Assembly: GCA_016927185.1 (NCBI GenBank)
Contig: JAFGND010000071.1
Span: 62,001 to 126,000, forward strand
DNA: 64,000 nucleotides
Source of the DNA: Candidatus Coatesbacteria bacterium
GTDB taxonomy: Bacteria; JAFGND01
Direction of reading: 5' to 3'
Part shown: positions 18,582-27,628 of the stretch, in pieces
How positions within the stretch are numbered: the first letter of the stretch is position 1
How the letters are laid out: every line of letters starts with the position of its first letter
Program-made: the position numbers and the translations under genes
Notes under the pieces: model-generated
Told to the model about the DNA's origin: nothing
Database searches by the model: none
What the model saw: only the letters and a program-made list of their open reading frames with translations

Positions 18582-20825
18582 CTATACAGAACCTTTATAA
18601 ATGCCAATTTTCTCTTTTGCTATTTGATTGTCTGGATCTATTACCATTAGTTTTTCCCATGTATTAATTGCTTCCTTAAGTTTTTTCTGGGTTTCATAAA
18701 CTGAGGCTAGATTAAGCATTGCCTGGACAAACGAAGGATTAATAGCAAGGGATTTACTGTACATATCTACTGCCTTGTCAAAATCCTCCAGGCTATAATA
18801 TAACCAGCCTAAATTATTATATGTCTCTGCCAGATTAGGTCTTTTTTCCAGCAGTTTCTTGAATGCTTCCTCAGCTTTGTTCATTTGTCCTATCTCTATG
18901 TAAGCCAGACCAATATTATTAAGAACTTCAACTACTTCAGGATCAAGTTCCAATGCTTTCTCAAACTCAGATATTGCAGCAATGAAAGCTTTCTGATGAT
19001 ACAAGTACATACCTCTGTCATTATGCTGGCTAGCCTGATTAGCTCTTGTTTCCTTGATTAAAAGATCATATTTCTTGCCCTGATCTACTATAAGATTGAA
19101 TAACTCCTTGCTGCTTGAGGAGAAGGCTTCAATGGCTTTATTAATATTTTCTCCAATAGCAGATTGTGTAAGGGATAATGATTGCTGATTAAGAAGTACT
19201 TCTTTTTGAATTGCTATCATCTCTTTCAGTAATTCATTTGTATCTTTTAAATTTATAGTTTCAAAGGATTTTGGAATCATTTTGATAATCGTTGTTATCT
19301 CACCAAGTAATGCAGGAATCTCCTGCAAAGATTCCAACTTGTTTTCCCCCAACTTGGTTTCTATCAATGTTTTTATCTCTGCAAGTGTCTTTTCTGAACC
19401 AACTACTGTCAGATCTAAGGGAGGTATTGATTTCGGAATCTGATCTATGGTTTTTGTCAGTTCAATAAGGAGTAATGGTAATTCTTGGATTGAAGTTAAA
19501 TCCTGTTTCTCAATCTTTTCTCTTATTACAAGAAGATCAGCACTTACTTTTGCTAGATTAGAAAGTTTTTCAGTATTTATACTGGATAATTGTGTTGATA
19601 GTTCATTTATTGAAGTCTTTATTTCTCCAACATTAGTCTTACTTATATTCGTATCAAGATTTGTAACTGCTTTGTACAGATTTAAAATCTGATCATTTAT
19701 CTGAGAGAGATATTGCTGGATTTCAGATAAATCAAGAGGTTTGGCAAAATTAGCTTCCAGAAGTTTGGAAACCTTGTCAATTGCCTGATTTGTTGGTTCC
19801 AGAGTTATTCCAGATTGTGAGCCTTCAGCTGAGAGTTTCTTCATGTTTTCTAAAGCTGATATTATAGAATCCAGCTTTGTTATAAAGATCTTATTCTGTT
19901 CCTGCACATATTCCGTAATATGCGGAGATAAAATCTCAATAAGAGTCTGGATTTTATTGGATATGTCTGGTAATGGTGTAAATGGCTGCTTTGTAAGAAA
20001 TTCTGTCCATTGCTTTTCAAAATTATTCAGGGATTCAATTATGGGTTCTAAATCGTTTTCTCCCTTACCTTTTTTCGATTTTGTTGAAAGAGATTCACCA
20101 AGAGATGAAATGGATTTAGAAATACTGTCAACTAGTGGAATAAATCCGTCCTGTCCTGACTTTATGCTTTCCAGAATTGGTACTATCTTATCGTGATTAT
20201 TCTTTTGGGAGAATTGCGAAATCGCGGATAATTGATTGATTATCTCTTTCAGATTAGCTTCGAATTTTACTGCATCTGCTTTTTCATCAGAACTTGTAGC
20301 TTTCTCACTTACTGATTTGCTTATGGATTCAAAAATGGAAGATAAATCAGAAATCCATGCAGGCTTTTTTAATTCAAGACCTTCTTTGCCAATTTTAGCA
20401 AGTGATTCTTTCAATTCATCTTGCTTCAAAGCTATTATTTCAACTGCAGCAAGCATTGGATCTTTTAATGTTCCATCCTTTGCAGCTGATGTTTCAGTAG
20501 GTTTGGTTTTAGCAATCTCCTTGGTTACTTCTATTGCAAGAGTCTTTAATGATTGAGGAGCTAGAGTAGATACTATTTGCTCTATTGCTCCTTTCATTGA
20601 TCTCTGACTTTCAAGCAATTTATTAACGTTCTTTTCTATCTCTTCAGCATTATCAGTGAATTTATCTACCTGCTTTTCTGTAAGCATATGAGCTAAAACC
20701 CATAGAGAACATCGATCATGCTCTAAATCAAAAACCTCACATTTGTCTCTTATACAAGTTAAATCAACTTTATCCTGGTTAGGATTTGTGTTAGCTGATA
20801 TTGAAAGGAATGGACACAGATTCAT
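18582..20825 (-). CDS. Cys-rich N-terminus + long helical/coiled-coil region + C-terminal TPR protein
   Basis: N-terminal CPFL..C....C....C, heptad-rich middle, and about four TPRs (HNDRG, LNNIG, YNNLG, MLNLA). Confidence 0.85.
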   Translation of the reverse strand: MNLCPFLSISANTNPNQDKVDLTCIRDKCEVFDLEHDRCSLWVLAHMLTEKQVDKFTDNAEEIEKNVNKLLESQRSMKGAIEQIVSTLAPQSLKTLAIEVTKEIAKTKPTETSAAKDGTLKDPMLAAVEIIALKQDELKESLAKIGKEGLELKKPAWISDLSSIFESISKSVSEKATSSDEKADAVKFEANLKEIINQLSAISQFSQKNNHDKIVPILESIKSGQDGFIPLVDSISKSISSLGESLSTKSKKGKGENDLEPIIESLNNFEKQWTEFLTKQPFTPLPDISNKIQTLIEILSPHITEYVQEQNKIFITKLDSIISALENMKKLSAEGSQSGITLEPTNQAIDKVSKLLEANFAKPLDLSEIQQYLSQINDQILNLYKAVTNLDTNISKTNVGEIKTSINELSTQLSSINTEKLSNLAKVSADLLVIREKIEKQDLTSIQELPLLLIELTKTIDQIPKSIPPLDLTVVGSEKTLAEIKTLIETKLGENKLESLQEIPALLGEITTIIKMIPKSFETINLKDTNELLKEMIAIQKEVLLNQQSLSLTQSAIGENINKAIEAFSSSSKELFNLIVDQGKKYDLLIKETRANQASQHNDRGMYLYHQKAFIAAISEFEKALELDPEVVEVLNNIGLAYIEIGQMNKAEEAFKKLLEKRPNLAETYNNLGWLYYSLEDFDKAVDMYSKSLAINPSFVQAMLNLASVYETQKKLKEAINTWEKLMVIDPDNQIAKEKIGIYKGSV

Positions 20826-20950
20826 AATTTTACCCCCTGCTCCCTATACAGTACCTCTTTGACTTTGTAGCAAATCAACATTTGGAATTTCCTTGTCAAT
20901 ATAAAAAAGACTTTAATAAATAAAAATCTTCGAAAATCATCTATTTTCTT

Positions 20951-21478
20951 TTATAATATAAGCTTTGCTTCAATAGCTATTTTTTGTCTTATCTCTTTTG
21001 GATACTCAAGAAGTAATCTGATATTATACTCAATAGAAGAAGGATTTTTGATAATATATCCCAGATTAACAAGCTGCTTGATGCCTTTTTCCAGCTGATT
21101 AGAATTTAAATAGTTGTTATCCAGAACAGTTTTTTTAAGGTATTTCAAATCTACAGGTTTACAAGCATTATCTTTCTCTTCTGAGATTGAAATAATTAAT
21201 CCTAGAAGAGACAGCAAATCTTCAGTGAGTTCTGAAGGAGATGGGAAAACAGAAACAATTGCAAAATGCTTCTCTCCCTTGAAATCTACATTTACAATAG
21301 TCAATCCAAGAGGCTCGATATATTCCTGTATACTATCTAAACTTGTCTTTATGGTCTCAAAATCATTTTCAGTTGACTTGATTAAGTCAGAATATGTTAT
21401 CCCGATTACCAGTTCTCCTTTCTTGTTCCTTCGTCTGTTCGTTAAAGCCAGGAATAATTCTGCATCATGTGCTTCCAT
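20951..21478 (-). CDS. Putative tandem winged-helix KITE subunit (Nse1/Nse3/MAGE-like)
   Basis: SLDSIQEYIEPLGLTIV...HFAIV and IKQLVNLGYI...EYNIRLLLEY resemble the WH-A and WH-B patterns of Nse1-type KITEs. Third gene of the SMC operon, with GGGGAG RBS and TAATG coupling. Confidence 0.6.
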   Translation of the reverse strand: MEAHDAELFLALTNRRRNKKGELVIGITYSDLIKSTENDFETIKTSLDSIQEYIEPLGLTIVNVDFKGEKHFAIVSVFPSPSELTEDLLSLLGLIISISEEKDNACKPVDLKYLKKTVLDNNYLNSNQLEKGIKQLVNLGYIIKNPSSIEYNIRLLLEYPKEIRQKIAIEAKLIL

Positions 21479-22089
21479 TAACTCCCCTTGAAATGCTTGA
21501 TTAGAAAAACAGATTTATGACCTTCTTTCATGCTTATCATCTGACTAAATAATTGTGCCTCAAGAAGATCAAGGTTTTCATAGAATTCCTTTTTGTTGTC
21601 TGAATGCTTGAATTTCATTTCCAACTCAGTTTTTGTTTTTTCTATCATTTCTTCATTTATTGATTTTCTCTTTATTAGCGAGTCTATTTCTATTACTTTA
21701 TCAATTACAATATCCTTCTGTTTTTGTTCATTTAAATTTTTGTGGATAATTTTCTTAAGCTTTATTTCATAATTCCTGTCTTCCGAAGATATATGCAGGA
21801 CAGGATATGTTGCTTTTCTTACAAGGTTTGAGAACCATTTCCACCGTTCTGATGGATCAATATTATCAAAAAGCAGATTTTTGTGTATGGCATCTTTCAG
21901 GGCAATCATAAAAAAAAGAGTTTGACTATCTGCAACAAGATCAGGTAATCTCTCCCATTCAGGATACCATTCATTCAACTGTTTCCTGTCATTTTCACGT
22001 TCTTCAAGGGGGATAGCAATTTGCCTGTTTTCCGCATCTTTATATTTGAAAAGCATTTTCCAGAGAGATGACCGCATATCATCATTCAT
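21478..22089 (-). CDS. Hypothetical protein, candidate kleisin of the SMC-like module (~203 aa)
   Basis: Start placed at ATG 22089 (ATGAATGA overlap with the SMC stop). It lies between SMC and KITE-like genes, and its C-terminal EFYENL..L..L....ISM..G...V.L is kleisin-cWH-like. The CDS is solid and the function is inferred. Confidence 0.45.
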   Translation of the reverse strand: MNDDMRSSLWKMLFKYKDAENRQIAIPLEERENDRKQLNEWYPEWERLPDLVADSQTLFFMIALKDAIHKNLLFDNIDPSERWKWFSNLVRKATYPVLHISSEDRNYEIKLKKIIHKNLNEQKQKDIVIDKVIEIDSLIKRKSINEEMIEKTKTELEMKFKHSDNKKEFYENLDLLEAQLFSQMISMKEGHKSVFLIKHFKGS

Positions 22090-24475
22090 TGCTGACACCC
22101 AATATATATGTGGAAACCTGAGGCAACCTATCAAGTTCTATCCCCAGCAATTCAGGACATAAGAGAATGAACTGCGGGAAAAAGTCATCTTTATGTCTGG
22201 TTTTTATTGTTTCAAGAGTATTGAGAACCATTGCAAGTGCAAGGGTTTTGAATTCTATATCAAGCTTCTGAGTGAACTCGTCTATAGCATGAAGTGGAGA
22301 TCTGGTTAAAAGATGAAATGACAAGATAAGAGCTTCAATTACAAGAACTTTTTCTCCTCCACTTAGATTAGATAAATCGAAATATCTTGATAATCTTCTT
22401 TTGAATCTTAGTTCAAGACCAGCTTTAGGTATATCGAATATATCATTGAGCTTCAGTTCCACTCCAGCAAAAATCCCCCCAAGTAATATCTGCATGTGTT
22501 CCTTAAGCTGATTGACTACCTGATTCAAGGTTTTTTGCCAGTTGTTAAGTCTTGTTTCCAGATCATTTTGTATGTTTGATAGATGCTCTTCATTGCCTTC
22601 AATTTCATCTCTCAAGATATTAACTCTCTCCTTCAATTTTTCATATTGCTCCTGATTCAGAGATGCGAATTTCATTCCCTGCAATAATCCTTTTTTTCTT
22701 GATATCTCCCTTTCAAGTAACGATATATCCCTGAATTTACTGAAAACTATTTCAGTTTGTGGCAATGATTTTTCCATCAACCTTAAATTCTCTTTCTGTA
22801 ACAAAAGAATTTTCTCAATTTCATCTTGAATAGAACTTTCTTTATCAAGATTTTTTCTGAAATCCAGGATATCTCTGCCAATTCTTATTATTTCATCTTT
22901 GAGATTATCTATGAATTTATCAAGCATCTCTATCTTTGTTTCTAAATCTCTTTGATTTCTACTGGTTTCAAATAGCCTTTCCTGTTCTTCATCAAGTTCC
23001 TTTTTCATTATTTCATGTTTTGCAAGGCATTCCTTTCTCTCTTCAATTAGCTTGTTTGTAGGTCTGTATGTTTTTTCTAAATTCTCAAGTTTCTCACATA
23101 ATGTATTTAATGATTCATTAATATAAGATTTCTCCTTTTTCAGGAATTCCTTTTCAATATTTTCAAGCATTTTTATATGCAAGTACAGACCAGATGATAT
23201 GTCTGATCGGAGATAATAGTTTTCCCAGATATATCTGTCCCACCATGGATAGTTTATTTGCTTTGTGAGAGAATCTTCAAGTGAAGGAAAGAAGTCGTAA
23301 TTATTTTTTTTAATGCAAGTCAAGCAAGTATTAATAGGAATTTGATATTGAATTTTAGATATGCTTTCCCTTTCTGCCAATTCCAATTTCCTGACTTCTT
23401 TTCTTGCTATTTCCTGTTTTAGCTTATTGATTTCCTCAAGAGTTTTGTCATTGTCCTTCTTGCTAAGAAAAGCATCAATCCTTAGTATTTCTTCTCCATT
23501 TTTCTTGAGTTTCTCTCTTTTTTCATTAACCAAATGCTTTAATCTACCAAGATCCTGAATTACGTTTTCCAGTTTTACATGATGTTCAGTTTTTTCCTTT
23601 TTATGATTAGCAAGTTTTTCTTTTACTTTTGCTTCTTCAATTTCCAGATTTTTTAATTGTTCATTAATCCTTGAAATATGCTCCTTCTTGGAAATAATCT
23701 GTTCTTCAGTTTTGTTCATCAGCTGCACGAGTTGATTGAATTTAGTATATTCAAGTTCTATCTCGAGGATCCTGATCTCATCTTCAAGATCCTTTCTCTT
23801 GTTGATATAAGAGAGATTATCTTCATAAATTGTCAGTCTTTCAAGCTCCAGTTTCAGTCTTTCTTTCAAGGGCTGATTGGAATATTTGCATTTTTGTGAT
23901 ATTTCCATAGCCTCCAGTATAGATTTTCTCGTTTCAAGCAATCCTGTTGTCTTTAAAAGAAGCTCCAATTTAGTTCTGGGACTTTCTCCTGCAAATATGT
24001 TAACCGTTCCTTCTTCTGTAAAGGAGAGTCTGTTATCTCCCTGGACTGAAATCTGGGAAAAAAGATTTCTTACTTGAGCTCTTGAAGGCTTGAAAATCCT
24101 GTTGGCTGTTGATAGTTGATAAAAAGTTTCTCCCTTATTTGATATTATAAGTTCTAGCATGAAACCGGAAAGATCAGAGGAGGGCAGGGTAGTTCCCAGG
24201 CATTGTCCCATATCATATTGAGGTTTCCAGCTGAAGCTACCTTTTATAATCGCTTTCTCACTATATGATCCAACAAGAGTGTGCATTTCTCCTTTTCTGA
24301 TTCTTGAAGTGGGGTATCCCAAAAGAAGAAGCATTGCATCAAGTATCTGTGTTTTGCCAGTTCCATTTGCACCAATTATTACTGTAATAGGGGCTTCAAA
24401 ACCTATCCTTGTTTCTTTATGAAGCATGAAGTTGAAAAGGGATAATTCTTTTAGAAAGTATAAATTCTCATTCAT
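22082..24475 (-). CDS. SMC-family ATPase, SMC5/6-like heads, short arms (~797 aa)
   Basis: L.NFM.H, Walker A GANGTGKT, long coiled coils, signature LSGGEK, Walker B/D-loop SPLHAIDEFTQKLD, terminal QFILLCP. Start at 24475 overlaps the lpxL-like stop. Confidence 0.9.
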   Translation of the reverse strand: MNENLYFLKELSLFNFMLHKETRIGFEAPITVIIGANGTGKTQILDAMLLLLGYPTSRIRKGEMHTLVGSYSEKAIIKGSFSWKPQYDMGQCLGTTLPSSDLSGFMLELIISNKGETFYQLSTANRIFKPSRAQVRNLFSQISVQGDNRLSFTEEGTVNIFAGESPRTKLELLLKTTGLLETRKSILEAMEISQKCKYSNQPLKERLKLELERLTIYEDNLSYINKRKDLEDEIRILEIELEYTKFNQLVQLMNKTEEQIISKKEHISRINEQLKNLEIEEAKVKEKLANHKKEKTEHHVKLENVIQDLGRLKHLVNEKREKLKKNGEEILRIDAFLSKKDNDKTLEEINKLKQEIARKEVRKLELAERESISKIQYQIPINTCLTCIKKNNYDFFPSLEDSLTKQINYPWWDRYIWENYYLRSDISSGLYLHIKMLENIEKEFLKKEKSYINESLNTLCEKLENLEKTYRPTNKLIEERKECLAKHEIMKKELDEEQERLFETSRNQRDLETKIEMLDKFIDNLKDEIIRIGRDILDFRKNLDKESSIQDEIEKILLLQKENLRLMEKSLPQTEIVFSKFRDISLLEREISRKKGLLQGMKFASLNQEQYEKLKERVNILRDEIEGNEEHLSNIQNDLETRLNNWQKTLNQVVNQLKEHMQILLGGIFAGVELKLNDIFDIPKAGLELRFKRRLSRYFDLSNLSGGEKVLVIEALILSFHLLTRSPLHAIDEFTQKLDIEFKTLALAMVLNTLETIKTRHKDDFFPQFILLCPELLGIELDRLPQVSTYILGVSNE

Positions 24476-25349
24476 TATTCCATCTGTCATGAAACCATAC
24501 CCATTGTTCAGGATGGTTCATTATTTTTGCTCCAATTATAGCATTGCATCTTTCCGTTAAAGCTTTTATTTTTTCTTTTTTATCAAGATCTTTAAATTCG
24601 TTTATATCTATTTCCTTCTCTATTTCCAGTACTTGCTTTCCATCATCTCTTAAATGAATGAATAAGGGGACAATTGCAGCTCCAGTTTTTAAAGCAATAC
24701 TTACAGGACCAGACGGTGTCCTTGCTGGACAGCCTAGAAAATCACACATTATGTTCTCTACCCTTGTATTCTGATCCATTAGTATCCCAAGCAAGCCTCC
24801 TTTTCTCAAGGCAAGCATCATCCCTTTTACATCCTCATCTCTATCATGGGAATGCACTTTCATCCTGTTTCTATAATCAACGAGAATTTTGTTCAATCTT
24901 TCATCATATACTTTTCTGGCAACAACATGAGTTGGATATCCAAGCGCTGCTATTGTTGTTGCAATAAGCTCCCAGCAACCAAGATGAGCTGTTATGCAGA
25001 CAACCCCTTTCCCTTTCTTGTATGCTTTCTGCATTTCATTGTTGCCTATAACAACCATCCAGTTTTCAAGAATCTCAGTATGCGTCATTTCCAATTGCTT
25101 TATAGCATATATGAAATTCCTTCCTGCCAATTTGAAAATGTCTTTAATAAGCTCTTCAGGATGTTCAATCCTAAGTATTCTTTCTATGTTTTTTTTTGCC
25201 ATCTGCTTTTCTTTTTTACTTATATGAAACAACAGAATGGATATTTTATCAGCGATCCATAAAGATATCTTAAAAGAAGACAATGACAGTATTTTAATAA
25301 AAACTACTATCACTAAATATATGATTAAATTCTTTAGCTTTTTTAACAA
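24468..25349 (-). CDS. Lipid A biosynthesis acyltransferase (LpxL/HtrB family)
   Basis: TAHLGCWEL (H..x.E), GILMDQ, FLG.PA.T, HPEQWVWFHDRW. Confidence 0.9.
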   Translation of the reverse strand: MLKKLKNLIIYLVIVVFIKILSLSSFKISLWIADKISILLFHISKKEKQMAKKNIERILRIEHPEELIKDIFKLAGRNFIYAIKQLEMTHTEILENWMVVIGNNEMQKAYKKGKGVVCITAHLGCWELIATTIAALGYPTHVVARKVYDERLNKILVDYRNRMKVHSHDRDEDVKGMMLALRKGGLLGILMDQNTRVENIMCDFLGCPARTPSGPVSIALKTGAAIVPLFIHLRDDGKQVLEIEKEIDINEFKDLDKKEKIKALTERCNAIIGAKIMNHPEQWVWFHDRWNNE

Positions 25350-25358
25350 GGCAGGTTT

Positions 25359-26654
25359 TTATGTATTCATGCTGTCAAGGAATTCCTGATTTGATCTAGT
25401 TTTTTGAAGTTGCTTTTTCAGGAAATCCATTGCTTCTATTGTTGCTTGCTCGTTCAAGAATCTTCTTAAGATCCAGATCCTGTTGAGTGTCTGTTCATCG
25501 AAAAGAAGTTCTTCTCTTCTTGTTCCAGATTTATTAAGATCTATAGCCGGGAAGATTCTTCTGTCAGCCAATTTCCTATCCAGGACTATTTCAAGGTTTC
25601 CTGTTCCCTTGAACTCCTCAAATATAACCTCATCCATCTTGCTTCCAGTTTCTATAAGGGCAGTTGCTATTATAGTTAAAGAACCTCCTTCTTCAATCTT
25701 TCTTGCAGCTCCAAAAAATCTTTTTGGTTTCTGCAGGGCATAAGCATCTACTCCACCTGTAAGAACTTTACCGCTATGAGGCTGAACTGCATTGTATGCT
25801 CTGGCAAGCCTAGTTATTGAATCCAGAAGAATAACAACATCCTTTTTTGATTCAACCATTCTTTTTGCCTTTTCTATTACTATTTCAGTAATCTGAACAT
25901 GCCTTTCAGGAGCTTCATCAAAAGTACTGCTTATAACCTCAGCCTTTACATTCCTTTCCATATCAGTAACTTCTTCAGGTCTTTCATCTATGAGAAGAAT
26001 TATAAGATATATTTCAGGATGATTTGCTGTTATGGCATTAGCAATTCTCTGAAGCAATATAGTCTTTCCTGCTTTTGGAGGCGATACTATCAATCCACGC
26101 TGACCCTTTCCAACTGGTGATAGCAAATTCATTATTCTTGTACACATTTCCTTATAATCATATTCAAGATTCACAAGTTCCATTGGATACAAGGGGGTCA
26201 ATTCTGGAAAAGGTATCCTGCTTTTATTGTTATTCGAGGGTTCGTCATTTACTTTATCAACCCTTACTAATGCAAAATACTTCTCATTATCTTTGGGAGC
26301 TCTTACAAGCCCTTCAGTTTTATCACCTGTTCTTAATCCAAATCTTTTGATCTGTGAAGGAGAAACATATATATCATCGGAACTTGGAAGATAATTGTAA
26401 TTATCACTTCTCAAGAATCCGTATCCTTCGTTGAGAATTTCCAGAATACCTGAACCTACTATAGTATTACCATTCTGAGAATATTGCATTATGATCCTGA
26501 AAATCAAATCCTGTTTTCTCATTCCAGAGGTAACCTGAATCTCGAAAGTTTCAGCATATTTCATTAGATCAACAATATTTTGATTTTTGAAATCTGTTAT
26601 GTATACTATCTCTTCCTTATTTAAGGTTTTAGGTTCAACGGTCTCCATTTCCAT
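25359..26654 (-). CDS. rho: Transcription termination factor Rho
   Basis: [66 protein letters not shown]. Confidence 0.99.
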   Translation of the reverse strand: MEMETVEPKTLNKEEIVYITDFKNQNIVDLMKYAETFEIQVTSGMRKQDLIFRIIMQYSQNGNTIVGSGILEILNEGYGFLRSDNYNYLPSSDDIYVSPSQIKRFGLRTGDKTEGLVRAPKDNEKYFALVRVDKVNDEPSNNNKSRIPFPELTPLYPMELVNLEYDYKEMCTRIMNLLSPVGKGQRGLIVSPPKAGKTILLQRIANAITANHPEIYLIILLIDERPEEVTDMERNVKAEVISSTFDEAPERHVQITEIVIEKAKRMVESKKDVVILLDSITRLARAYNAVQPHSGKVLTGGVDAYALQKPKRFFGAARKIEEGGSLTIIATALIETGSKMDEVIFEEFKGTGNLEIVLDRKLADRRIFPAIDLNKSGTRREELLFDEQTLNRIWILRRFLNEQATIEAMDFLKKQLQKTRSNQEFLDSMNT

Positions 26655-26759
26655 GCTATCTCCTTATCAATAAATAAATTATAAAAAAGTGTTTTCAGTT
26701 TTAATTTAGAATACCGAAACATTCTGAAAATTTCTGGTTATCAAAAAGACTCATGCAAA

Positions 26760-26786
26760 ACCATAAAATGAATATTTTCTTGTCAA
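26760..26786 (-). promoter_or_regulatory. Candidate sigma70-type promoter for the rho operon
   Basis: Minus strand TTGACA-N15-TATGGT about 105 bp upstream of the rho start. Confidence 0.45.
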
Positions 26787-26904
26787 GTTATTTCGTATTA
26801 ATCATAGTTGTATAATTATAACAGCAATCAAATTCTGAAAATCATGAATTTAAAAACCATGGAAATATAAAGCAAGTAAATAAAATCATATCATTTTCTG
26901 ATTA

Positions 26905-27627
26905 CTAGTCTCTAAATACTAGTGAAGAATACCATAATCTATATTCTTCTTCATCTATCTTGAGGATTGGAGAATCATACAAATCTTCATAGTTATCAAA
27001 TGCTTTATTATTGAATCTCCTGAAAAGGAAGATTTTTCCATCTGGAATTGAGAAATAGGTCTCAGTAATATGGCTTCTGTTTTTATAAGAAGCTAATAAT
27101 AACCATCTAAAGCAAATAGATTTACTGTTTCCTACATGTACAAGAAAAGGTCCATCTATTTTCTCATCAATAGGAAATGATATTCTCTCATTTTTTTCAT
27201 ATAATATTTCCTGGCTTTTAAAAGTATCTCCAGGAAATATTTTTTTTGCAATTCTCCTTTTGCATAGTTGAATTTGACCTATATCATCAATAGGTCTATC
27301 TATGAGTATTTGCCAAATCCAATCCTCTTGCTGCTCTTTGAAATAATAAAGAGAACTACCTGTTGGATGACCATCCTGGTTAAAACTCTCAATTACAAGT
27401 TCCTGGTACAAAATCCCGTTGAATTCAATTTGCTGAGTCAGTTTTCCTTTATGATAAAATGACAAGTGCGTTCCTGGATAATCATAATCACACCAAATAT
27501 ATTCATCAGGTCCCTTGAATCTGCAGAAAAAAGAAGGATCTTCCTTAATATCTACTTGAGAAATCTTTTCTTCTTCATAAACCAGAATCTTTATTATGGG
27601 AAGCCTGTCATAAGGTGGTTTATCCAT
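26905..27627 (-). CDS. Hypothetical protein (240 aa)
   Basis: Open ORF starting 1 bp after the upstream barrel gene. No motif recognised. Confidence 0.7.
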   Translation of the reverse strand: MDKPPYDRLPIIKILVYEEEKISQVDIKEDPSFFCRFKGPDEYIWCDYDYPGTHLSFYHKGKLTQQIEFNGILYQELVIESFNQDGHPTGSSLYYFKEQQEDWIWQILIDRPIDDIGQIQLCKRRIAKKIFPGDTFKSQEILYEKNERISFPIDEKIDGPFLVHVGNSKSICFRWLLLASYKNRSHITETYFSIPDGKIFLFRRFNNKAFDNYEDLYDSPILKIDEEEYRLWYSSLVFRD

Positions 27628-27628
27628 T

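Noticed and set aside
20951-24475. Wadjet (JetABCD)/MksBEFG or SbcCD assignment for the SMC module
   Set aside because: No Toprim JetD/MksG or SbcD/Mre11 gene is nearby, the SMC is short and comes first in the operon, and Walker B/D-loop is DEFTQKLD rather than the SbcC/Rad50 LDEPT/LDEGF type. Not formally excluded without a phylogeny.
26655-26904. Possible structured RNA in the rho leader
   Set aside because: The region is AT-rich with only short ATTCTGAAAA repeats, and I found no convincing stems by eye.
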